Below are positions 1-8,163 of a DNA stretch of 30,589 bases, piece by piece. The stretch is taken from positions 1-30,589 of IMG/VR virus record IMGVR_UViG_3300037479_000058, one strand, 5' to 3'. The stretch's first letter is position 1; each line of letters begins with the position of its first letter. A program made the position numbers and the translations under genes. This stretch comes from a virus. Lineage: Duplodnaviria; Caudoviricetes. The notes beneath the pieces are model-generated. The model did not search any database, had not been told where the DNA came from, and saw nothing but the letters and a program-made list of their open reading frames with translations.

Positions 1-90
1 TAACTTTGCTTTCTTTAGAGTTTTGTACCCTTCTAGCACCACTTCCTTTTTCTCAAGGTCGTAGTGTTTCACAACGTAGTTGGTATCCAT
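1..90 (-). CDS. Hypothetical protein, partial (start present; 3' end runs off left edge): MDTNYVVKHYDLEKKEVVLEGYKTLKKAKL...
   Basis: ATG at 90 on the - strand, preceded by AAAAGGAGATATAGTGT (strong SD). The frame is open to the window edge. Not in the ORF track. Confidence 0.75.
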   Translation of the reverse strand, partial: MDTNYVVKHYDLEKKEVVLEGYKTLKKAKL

Positions 91-718
91 ACACTATATC
101 TCCTTTTGTGTGTGTATGTGTGTGTGTGTTTCTTAGGTCTTACTTTCTTGCTCTTCGTTCTGCGGTTGCTTACCTGACACGCTAGTTTCGAGAAGTAGGT
201 TTTTTATGTGGTTGTCTATGTTCGGTTTTACAGTCTTTTGGTCGTTTGATAGTCTTTTTTAGTTGTCACTTCTTCCTTCTCTCCTCTTCCTCCATCTCAT
301 CTACTCCCTTTCTCATCACACCTATATATATGGCGTGTGAGGTTGGAGGATGTCAAGAGGGGGGAACGTTGCTCTAGCTTGTAGGTGAAGAAAACAAAAA
401 AGATATGTGCACGAAAACACAACAAAAACTAGACACAGCAAGTCTTTCAAGCTTCCCTTCTGACTGATGACACACTGTGTTTTATACATGTTTTTGCAGT
501 GCTACTCTTGATAAAGGACTTTCGGAAAAAGAAAAACTAGAAGTACAGTTACCTCGTACCTTAAAACAAGCAAAAGGAGGAAGGGAAGCGATGTAGTTTT
601 ACAGTGAGTACCAGACGTGGTGAGGGTTTCAGACTCTCATGAGGACCAGACCCCCGCGTAAAACTTAGTGTACTTACCTCTACACAACATAAAACCCATA
701 TCTCGTTGAGTAAAACAG
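91..718. promoter_or_regulatory. Divergent non-coding control region between the - strand genes and the + strand virion arm
   Basis: No credible ORF, and genes diverge from it. Contains TTGACA on - (351-356), a TATATATAT centre (323-331), a pyrimidine tract (269-293) and inverted repeats. Confidence 0.6.
107..129 (-). repeat. (CA)n tract in the leader of the left - strand gene
   Basis: tgtgtgtgtatgtgtgtgtgtgt on +, directly upstream (on -) of the AAAAGGAG SD. Confidence 0.9.
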
Positions 719-958
719 ATGGAAAAAGGTGAAACTGAGGAACGTGTACTTCTAAAAGTGCTAGAACGCTTAGAGAGTATAGAGTCCACTGTAAAACAGC
801 CACAAAGTATGGCTCAGTGGATACCTGTTTATGTAGCTCTGGCAGGTCTTTTTTTCGGAGCATCCAACATATACACAGGTATCATGACTCGTATAACGTT
901 ACTTGAACAGCAAGTGCAGTTAGTGAAGGAGTTAGTTATAAAGGAGAAGTCTAAATGA
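719..958 (+). CDS. Small membrane protein with one TM helix and coiled coil (possible holin or virion protein)
   Basis: 79 aa with hydrophobic stretch WIPVYVALAGLFFGASNIYTGIM. ATGA overlap with the next gene. Confidence 0.65.
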   Translation: MEKGETEERVLLKVLERLESIESTVKQPQSMAQWIPVYVALAGLFFGASNIYTGIMTRITLLEQQVQLVKELVIKEKSK

Positions 959-1155
959 ACTATGAAGAGTATAGACAGTATGTCTTTAAAAAGAAAAAAG
1001 CTGAGACAGAAGCTATGCGTAGAGAGCTAGAGTTCAAGGAAAGACAAACTTACTTAAAGCAGCTCACAGCAGTTAAAGATGCCACTGAGAGAGAAAACAA
1101 AAGACTAGCAGCTTTAGAGCAAGCTAGAAAAGCAAAGAAAAAAGGTGAAGCATGA
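955..1155 (+). CDS. Hypothetical charged coiled-coil protein
   Basis: 66 aa, SD AAGGAG upstream, ATGA coupling at both ends. Confidence 0.7.
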   Translation: MNYEEYRQYVFKKKKAETEAMRRELEFKERQTYLKQLTAVKDATERENKRLAALEQARKAKKKGEA

Positions 1156-1694
1156 GCAGAAGACGCAAACAAAAGTCATATAAAGTACAAGTACCTGGTG
1201 CCTCAGAGCCAACAAGTGCTTCAACAGAAGTAGATGATCTGAGAAACCAGTACAACACGCAGTATAGCCAACTTCAGCAGCAGTCTTTAGCAGCTGAACA
1301 AGCCTACCAAAGTCAACTAAAAAGCCTACAAAGTCAGTATGATCAACAGATAAGTTTGTTAGGAGGACAGTTAGGATCTCAGCAACAACAGTACAGTCTG
1401 TTACAGCAGCAGTTTGCTCAGCAACAAGAAAGGGCTAGACAAGAGTACGAGAAGCAGAAAAAGTACTATGATGAGTTGCTTCAAAAGCAAAAAGAGCAAG
1501 CTACTCGCGAGCAGGAGGCTAGTAGAAGAGCGCTTGCAGAAGCAGAACAAGCGCAGGGCTTACTTCAAACAGATGCTCTACAAGCTCTAGGAAGATCACA
1601 AGGGTTGTCAAAAAGCAAGTCACAGCCGCTGGTATCAAAAACTAGTTCATCAGTCACCAGAGGATCTCAGGGCTACTCTCTGTTGAGGAGATAG
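1152..1694 (+). CDS. Gln-rich coiled-coil protein, possible small virion/ejection protein
   Basis: 180 aa with a basic N-terminus and a long Q-rich helix. Translationally coupled and lies before terL. Confidence 0.7.
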   Translation: MSRRRKQKSYKVQVPGASEPTSASTEVDDLRNQYNTQYSQLQQQSLAAEQAYQSQLKSLQSQYDQQISLLGGQLGSQQQQYSLLQQQFAQQQERARQEYEKQKKYYDELLQKQKEQATREQEASRRALAEAEQAQGLLQTDALQALGRSQGLSKSKSQPLVSKTSSSVTRGSQGYSLLRR

Positions 1695-1700
1695 AAGAGT

Positions 1701-1727
1701 AAAAAAAGGGGGTTCAGGCTCCCTTTT
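1701..1727. terminator. Bidirectional intrinsic terminator-like hairpin
   Basis: A7-GGGGGT-TCAG-GCTCCC-TTTT. Confidence 0.6.
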
Positions 1728-1751
1728 CAAACTACTTATATAGAAAAACTC

Positions 1752-3494
1752 ATGATATCAGCAACCTTAGCGAACAAAAAGAAAGCCTTAGAGGATATAA
1801 CAGTCTTTGCTGAGTTGATAAACTACCAGGGCGGATGGTCTAAGTTTGCGACCATACATAAAAAGTTGGCTGGGTTTGTTACTGCACCTCAAGTGGCTAA
1901 GGTATGCCTGAGAGGTAAGTCCTATAACAAACGGCGGCTTATCCTGATGCCTCGTTCCCACCTGAAGTCCACTGTTTGTTCAGTTCTATATGTGCTTTGG
2001 CGCATCTATAGGAACCCAAACATCCGCATCTTAGTAGGAACTAACATCAAGTCCTTATCACAAGGCTTTATACGAGAGATAAGACAGTATCTAGAAGACA
2101 CAGAGCTTGGAGAAAGAGTGTGGAACAAGAGACCTCATATAGAGGGAAGACTCATCCCTATCATGGATGCTGCTGGTAGAAAGAGAAGAAGTCAAAAAGC
2201 TCTGGAGGAGGAGACAGATACTGAAGATAAAAAGCTTCTTTGGACTCTAGACGCTATACAGGTGCTGAGAAGTGCCAAGCTAAAAGAGCCAACAGTCTAC
2301 GCCACCTCGGCAGGAACGAGAGTAACTGGTCAACACTATGACCTTTTGATACTAGATGACATAGTGGACTTCGAGAACTCTTCTACAGCGGATAAGATAG
2401 ATAAGATAGTGGACTGGGCTGGTGACATGGAGTCTGTGGTAGACCCCGTCCGCAACGTTTTATGTGGTTCGTGGAGTGGTAAGTTCGGTAAACCCGAAGA
2501 ACTTTGGGAAGATGTCGGTGATGAGGTAGTTGTTTTGGGCACTAGATACACAGAAGGTGACTACTATGACTACCTGATGTGTAACATGCTTCACTTTGGA
2601 TACAGAGTTTTCTACCGCAACATCTACAGGAACGCTCAGAACTGGGTTAAGCCCTGTAAAACAGAGGACGAGTACAGACAAGATAGACGCAAGTATAAGT
2701 TAGGTGATGCTTCTGGTGGGTTTTTGTGGGAAGACAAGTTCGATGCAGAGTATATGGTAAGGTTAAAGGCACGTCTGACTGCCAAGAGATGGGCTTCTCA
2801 GTACTTAAACACCATCATCGCACCGGAAGAGACTGTGCTAGATCCTGCTAAGATAAAGTACTTTAAGAGTGGTTTAGTTGAAGCCAAAGATGGACTAGTT
2901 TATATAAAAGTACCTGAAGAGGAAGCAAAAAGAGTCATCAGACCTTTTCTAACAGTAGACCCAGCGGTAAGTCAAAACACAAGAGCAGACAACACAGCTA
3001 TCGCTGTAGGTGGTATCGACGAAGAAGGAGACATGTTTATCATAGATATGAAGGTAGGTAGGTTCTTGCCCAACCAAACTGTTGACCATGTCTTCTCGTT
3101 ACTGGAAAAGTGGAGTGCTACCAAAGTAGTCATAGAGGTAGTTGGCTTTCAACAAGCGTTAGTTTTTCAGATGAGAGACCAGATGAGGGAAAGAAAGGTT
3201 TTTCCTTTCATCATAGAACATAACCCTCAGGGCAAAGGCGAGAAGAAGGCAAGACTTGAGGCAGGCTTACAACCTTACTTTGAAAACAGAAAACTGTGGA
3301 TGGCAGACTGGTTAGCGACATATGAACAACTGCAAGACGATATCGCCCTTTTCCCTCGTGAGACCGCTAAAGATGACACACTTGACGCTTTGGACTTGGT
3401 TCGCTGTTATGGAGTTCGCGTACCTCGTGACAGTCGTAAACTTTACAGTCCCACACGCACTGCTTACAACAAGAAGTGGGGAGGCACTCGTTAG
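1752..3494 (+). CDS. terL: Terminase large subunit
   Basis: Walker A-like MPRSHLKST, Walker B LLILDD, RNase H-like nuclease motifs TVDPA and DDTLDA. Lies directly before the portal. Confidence 0.93.
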   Translation: MISATLANKKKALEDITVFAELINYQGGWSKFATIHKKLAGFVTAPQVAKVCLRGKSYNKRRLILMPRSHLKSTVCSVLYVLWRIYRNPNIRILVGTNIKSLSQGFIREIRQYLEDTELGERVWNKRPHIEGRLIPIMDAAGRKRRSQKALEEETDTEDKKLLWTLDAIQVLRSAKLKEPTVYATSAGTRVTGQHYDLLILDDIVDFENSSTADKIDKIVDWAGDMESVVDPVRNVLCGSWSGKFGKPEELWEDVGDEVVVLGTRYTEGDYYDYLMCNMLHFGYRVFYRNIYRNAQNWVKPCKTEDEYRQDRRKYKLGDASGGFLWEDKFDAEYMVRLKARLTAKRWASQYLNTIIAPEETVLDPAKIKYFKSGLVEAKDGLVYIKVPEEEAKRVIRPFLTVDPAVSQNTRADNTAIAVGGIDEEGDMFIIDMKVGRFLPNQTVDHVFSLLEKWSATKVVIEVVGFQQALVFQMRDQMRERKVFPFIIEHNPQGKGEKKARLEAGLQPYFENRKLWMADWLATYEQLQDDIALFPRETAKDDTLDALDLVRCYGVRVPRDSRKLYSPTRTAYNKKWGGTR

Positions 3495-3511
3495 AGAAGA
3501 GGCTTTAAACT

Positions 3512-5521
3512 ATGGACGTTAAGATAAAAAACTTCAACACAGTAAGAACAAGTAAAGATAAGTTGCCTGCTTCTCTAGACGAAAGCATCTACGACTTCCT
3601 CATACAAGAGAAAAACCGATATGAGGTTGGTAGGGACTCGGTACAGGACCTCTGGCTAGAAGCTTGGTCTCTTTACCTAGGAACTCCTGTAGCAGTTGAC
3701 GAGCAGCGCAAACGCACTCTTTACACTGTTGGTGAAGTCAACTCTGAGTGGAGACACAAGATATCAACAGGCAAGGCTTATGAGGTGGTGGAGACTATCC
3801 ATGGTTACTTGATGAGTGCCACTTTTCCAAACAGCGAGTGGTTCTCTATGTCTCCCAACGCACCAGGATATGCTCAGCTTGCACGAGTGGTAAGAAAGTA
3901 CTTAGCAAACAAGATGGATGAGGCGAACTTTAGAGCGCACTATGCCATGTTTTTGAGGCAGCTGCTTATAACAGGAACGTCTGTCATGGCACTTCCTTGG
4001 CGCTATGAGACTCGTCCATATAAGAAGAACGTGGTTGTAAAAAAAGTCATATACGACCCACTTATGGAAACTGAGGAAGAAGTTCGTGAGGTTGTTCAAG
4101 TAGAAGAACCTCGCCTGATAAAAAACCACCCAGAGTTTGAAACTTTAGATGTCTTCGACTGCTGGGTTGACCCGTCTGTGTGCGACCCTAACGAAGGCGG
4201 CTTTTTTAGGCGCATAGTCAAGACTCGTGCCGAAGTCATCAACTTAGCTCAACAAGGCTACTACGATGTTTCACCTCTCGACGTTATAGAAGTGCCTGCA
4301 TATAGAGGCACTGAGTCTGATGAGCAGGACTCTGTAAGACTTTTCCAAGGTATCGAGACAGATGATCCTTACTCTATGGGAGATAGAGTTGAACTGCTTG
4401 AGTTTTGGGGAGACGTACATCTAGACGGTATCACCTTCTACGATGTTTGTGCGACTATCCTAGACAAGCAGCTTATCAAGTTTCAGCCTAACGAGTTTTG
4501 GGCAGGAAAGCCTTTTGTTATAGGCTCAGCAACACCTACTCCACAGTCACCTTACTCGATAGGTGCTATCCAACCATCGATGGGTTTGCTTCATGAACTT
4601 AACATCATCACCAACCAACGTCTGGATAACATGGAGATAAACATAGATACAGTTCTCCTCGTTAGACAAGACGGCGTTCTTAACCCAGAGGATGTGTATG
4701 TCGCACCAGGTAAGACCATATATGTTACTGACCCTAGCTCAGTACAAGCTCTACAACTACCTCAGAACCAGAACATATCCTACACAGAAGCATCAGTACT
4801 GGAGCAGACCATAGACAAAAACGCTGGCACAGGGGCTATGATAAGTGCCAACACATCACGAAGCGGTGAGCGTGTTACTGCTGCCGAGATCCAAGCTACT
4901 CGTGATGCTGGTGGTAACCGTTTAAGTAACCTACAAGCACACATAGAAAGCACTTCCCTTAAGCCCATCCTCTCTCGTGTCTTTAGAAACTCACAGCAGT
5001 TTGTCACTGATGACGAGCTAGTAAGAGTTTCTGGAAGACAGGCTGGTGAGTTTAACTACTTTCGAGTTGGTGCTGATGAGCTTTGCTATGACTTTACTAT
5101 AAAACCTGTTGGTTCTGAACACGTTATCGACAGGACTAAGTATATACAAGACCGTATAAGTTTCCTTCAAGCGGTTGCACAAGTGCCTCAGATGGCTGAG
5201 CGTTTAAACTACGAGGCGATACTTTATGATATGGTACAGCACTTCGGCTTTGACGATCCTGATAGCTATGTTGTTCAGCCTTATGACCCTAACGCAACTG
5301 CTATGTCACAGTTAGCACAAGCCGCTCCTGTTGCTGCTGGAAGTTTGGTCTCACAGGCAGATGCCACATCCTTACAACAAAAGGTAAGTGAGGTGAGTCA
5401 GCCCTTGAGTGACGCAGTAGAGGCTAACTTCAAAGCTGATGGTGGTAGGGAACTTTTTAAAAACATGGTAGGTATCGAGACTAACCCGACAGAAGCAGCA
5501 CTTGAACAGGAACAACTATGA
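3512..5521 (+). CDS. Portal (head-tail connector) protein
   Basis: 669 aa between terminase and scaffold/capsid. Contains the portal-type TAAEI motif and WAGKPFV/PYSIG region. Confidence 0.88.
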   Translation: MDVKIKNFNTVRTSKDKLPASLDESIYDFLIQEKNRYEVGRDSVQDLWLEAWSLYLGTPVAVDEQRKRTLYTVGEVNSEWRHKISTGKAYEVVETIHGYLMSATFPNSEWFSMSPNAPGYAQLARVVRKYLANKMDEANFRAHYAMFLRQLLITGTSVMALPWRYETRPYKKNVVVKKVIYDPLMETEEEVREVVQVEEPRLIKNHPEFETLDVFDCWVDPSVCDPNEGGFFRRIVKTRAEVINLAQQGYYDVSPLDVIEVPAYRGTESDEQDSVRLFQGIETDDPYSMGDRVELLEFWGDVHLDGITFYDVCATILDKQLIKFQPNEFWAGKPFVIGSATPTPQSPYSIGAIQPSMGLLHELNIITNQRLDNMEINIDTVLLVRQDGVLNPEDVYVAPGKTIYVTDPSSVQALQLPQNQNISYTEASVLEQTIDKNAGTGAMISANTSRSGERVTAAEIQATRDAGGNRLSNLQAHIESTSLKPILSRVFRNSQQFVTDDELVRVSGRQAGEFNYFRVGADELCYDFTIKPVGSEHVIDRTKYIQDRISFLQAVAQVPQMAERLNYEAILYDMVQHFGFDDPDSYVVQPYDPNATAMSQLAQAAPVAAGSLVSQADATSLQQKVSEVSQPLSDAVEANFKADGGRELFKNMVGIETNPTEAALEQEQL

Positions 5522-6273
5522 CAAGCGAAAACGAAAGACCACAAGAGGCAGTTTATCTAGAAACAGCGAACGGTAACTTTATAGTTGATGACGAGGGTAG
5601 CGGTTACATACTACATAAAAACGCGCTCAAAGACGATAACTTACTTTTTGAAGAAGATAAGGCTTCTGGTGAAGCAGAGGAAGAGGCGCAACTTCCTTCT
5701 GCTGAGGAAGTAGACCTTTCTATCTTTGACGATATAGAAACTCCAGAACAAGAAGAAAAGGTCGAGGAAGAGGACAACGAACCAGAAACTCTTGAGTTTA
5801 CCAAGTTTAAGGATGACTTTAAGAAGCACTTAGGTTTAGACCTAGAAGAAGCACTTATAGCAGTTCAAGAACTTCAAAACTTAAGAGCCGAGCTTTATAT
5901 AAAAGAACAGGAACGAGATATCCAAGATAGCTGGGGAGTAGATAACGATACGTTCAAAAAACGTATGAAAGATGTGAGAGCATATGCCTTTACTTTGGCT
6001 GAAACTAAACCTGAGTTGTTTAAAAAACTGGACAACGTAGAAGGCGTGAAACTTATCTGGTCTAAGTTAGAGCAGGACAGGCAACGTGTAAGTTTACAAC
6101 AAAAGCAGGTACCAGGTATCCAACGAAACTCACAACGTACTCCAGAAGGAACATCGAAAAAGTACGAGTATACGTACTCTCAGATACAAAACATGTCTCG
6201 CACAGACTACGAGAAGAGCGCCACCCGCATAGCGCAAGCCTTCGCGTCAGGGCGTGTTGATATGAAACGATAA
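5518..6273 (+). CDS. Capsid scaffolding protein
   Basis: Acidic helical 251 aa protein between portal and capsid. C-terminal 'IQNMSRTDYEK...IAQAFASGRV' is typical of podovirus scaffolds. Confidence 0.8.
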   Translation: MTSENERPQEAVYLETANGNFIVDDEGSGYILHKNALKDDNLLFEEDKASGEAEEEAQLPSAEEVDLSIFDDIETPEQEEKVEEEDNEPETLEFTKFKDDFKKHLGLDLEEALIAVQELQNLRAELYIKEQERDIQDSWGVDNDTFKKRMKDVRAYAFTLAETKPELFKKLDNVEGVKLIWSKLEQDRQRVSLQQKQVPGIQRNSQRTPEGTSKKYEYTYSQIQNMSRTDYEKSATRIAQAFASGRVDMKR

Positions 6274-6300
6274 CCATCAAAACAACAGAGGTAACCATAT

Positions 6301-7431
6301 ATGGCTTTTAACGGAACACAGGGTACTTATAAAGGTGCGTCAGTAACTAAAGCAGTATCGAACTCCTTTATCCCAGAGCTTTGGTCAAGTGAAGTAAAGC
6401 GTGAACGTGACTTATCTTTCGTAGTATCCAAGTACACGAAGATGCTTTCAGGTCAGTTCTCTAAAGGCGACAGACTGAACATCCCGCTCATCTCTCGTGC
6501 TGCGGTAAACGCCAAGTTACCTGAAACCCCAGTCCAACTACAAGCTAGAAACGAAGGTAACTTCAACATAGATATCGACCGCTATATGGAGTCTTCTTTC
6601 ATGATCGAAGACTTGGTAGGTATCCAAGCATCCTACAACCTTCGCGGTGAGTATACGAGAGAGGCTGGATATGCCCTAGCTCGTGACATAGACAACTATG
6701 TTCTAGCTTTGCGTGCAGTTATCAACGGTACTAACTATACAGCAGGAGTACCAGCCTTCGGCACTGCTATCACTGCTGCTTGTAGCCAACGCGTTATCAG
6801 CCTAGACTCTGCTGGAACTGCCATCGCACCTATGAACTACCAAGCACTACTAGCTTCCAAGCTTATCTTAGATAAGGCTGCTGTGCCTGATAACGATAGA
6901 GTACTTATCGTAAGCCCGACTGGATATAACCAGTTACTCGCTATCGATAAGTTTATCAGTATGGACTACAGCCAGTCTGGTGGTGTTGGTTCAGGTAGAG
7001 TGGGTTCTATCTTTGGTATCCCTGTCATCATGTCCAACAACCTCGTAGCAAACAGCACCACTGGCTACTACAACGGTTCCGGTGCAACTGCACAACCAAC
7101 TCCTGGTGTAGCATCTTCGCCATACGTGCCTACTCAGGACATCTACACTGCACTGCAAACCTCTTTTGCTGCTAGTACGTTATACGGTCACTACGCTGGA
7201 ACCTTCACTACTTCTTCGACAGGTGGCGCAACTGAAGTTCATACTGCCATCATGTGTCAGAAAGACTGGGCTGTCATGGCTATACAAAAAACTCCTTCTA
7301 CTGAGTCTTCCCGTGAAACTCTGTATCTAGCGGACGCTTTAGTTAACTGTCAGCTGTATGGCGGTCGTGTATATAGACCAGATCACGCAGTAGTTATCTA
7401 CAGCAACGGGAACATCCCATCTGTAACATAA
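6301..7431 (+). CDS. Major capsid protein (HK97 fold)
   Basis: 376 aa with FIPELWSSEV N-terminal motif, GDRLNIP, GYALARDID, VPDNDRVLIVSP and C-terminal YGGRVYRPD. Followed by a terminator. Confidence 0.92.
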   Translation: MAFNGTQGTYKGASVTKAVSNSFIPELWSSEVKRERDLSFVVSKYTKMLSGQFSKGDRLNIPLISRAAVNAKLPETPVQLQARNEGNFNIDIDRYMESSFMIEDLVGIQASYNLRGEYTREAGYALARDIDNYVLALRAVINGTNYTAGVPAFGTAITAACSQRVISLDSAGTAIAPMNYQALLASKLILDKAAVPDNDRVLIVSPTGYNQLLAIDKFISMDYSQSGGVGSGRVGSIFGIPVIMSNNLVANSTTGYYNGSGATAQPTPGVASSPYVPTQDIYTALQTSFAASTLYGHYAGTFTTSSTGGATEVHTAIMCQKDWAVMAIQKTPSTESSRETLYLADALVNCQLYGGRVYRPDHAVVIYSNGNIPSVT

Positions 7432-7459
7432 GGACATAACTACACACATCTTAAAGAGA

Positions 7460-7489
7460 GGAGGTGACCCACATCACCTCCACTTTTTT
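7460..7489 (+). terminator. Intrinsic terminator after capsid gene (analogous to T7 T-phi)
   Basis: GGAGGTGA-CCCACA-TCACCTCC followed by ACTTTTTT. Confidence 0.8.
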
Positions 7490-8161
7490 ATGAGCGAACA
7501 GTCCTCAACTGATCTTATAACAGCAACAAACACTATACTAGAGAACATCGGGGAACGAAGAGTTCTATCGATAACAACCCCAGTGGCTAGAAAGGCGACA
7601 GTGGCGCTTCAGCAGGCAGTGTATGATATAGCTAGCCTTAACTCTTGGGAGTGGCTTAAGGAGTTTATACCAGCAGTTTCATGGGTTAACGAGAGAGCAG
7701 ATCTGGGTGATACTTCACGAGTTCATAGCGTTCAGTGGGGCAGCTCAGTAGATGGATATAGGCAGATACCTTGGATAGATCCAAGAGAGTTTGACTACTT
7801 ACCACTACAGTCCTACTCTGACTCGAACACAAAACCAAGGTTTTTCACACAAGAAACTTATAACATCGTAAAAGTGAACCCATACCCCTCGACTGCAACG
7901 GAGCAGGGTCGTATACGCTTTTATGTTACGAGAGAGATGGTTCCTCCGTACAACCCAGATGACTTTTTTCCGCTGCCTGAGAGACACATGTCCATGGTTT
8001 ACTTTAGGGCACAGCACTATCTCGCAACGTCGCATCTTGATGATAAAGAACTTGCGGCTACTTGGGGTCAGCAGTTTGATATGTACGTTCAAAGGATACG
8101 TGATAAGGAGAGGTTGGCTCCAACTTTCGGTGGTAACATCTTCAAACTACAAGGACGATAG
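7490..8161 (+). CDS. Tail adaptor / tail tubular protein A (T7 gp11-like)
   Basis: N-terminal 'LITATNTILENIGE' motif; size and position after the capsid gene. Confidence 0.75.
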   Translation: MSEQSSTDLITATNTILENIGERRVLSITTPVARKATVALQQAVYDIASLNSWEWLKEFIPAVSWVNERADLGDTSRVHSVQWGSSVDGYRQIPWIDPREFDYLPLQSYSDSNTKPRFFTQETYNIVKVNPYPSTATEQGRIRFYVTREMVPPYNPDDFFPLPERHMSMVYFRAQHYLATSHLDDKELAATWGQQFDMYVQRIRDKERLAPTFGGNIFKLQGR

Positions 8162-8163
8162 AC

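Noticed and set aside
602-660. tRNA with UCA anticodon (GAGGG-TTTCAGA-CTCTC resembles an anticodon arm)
   Set aside because: No T-arm consensus and no 7-bp acceptor stem. TGA is used as a normal stop in many genes here.
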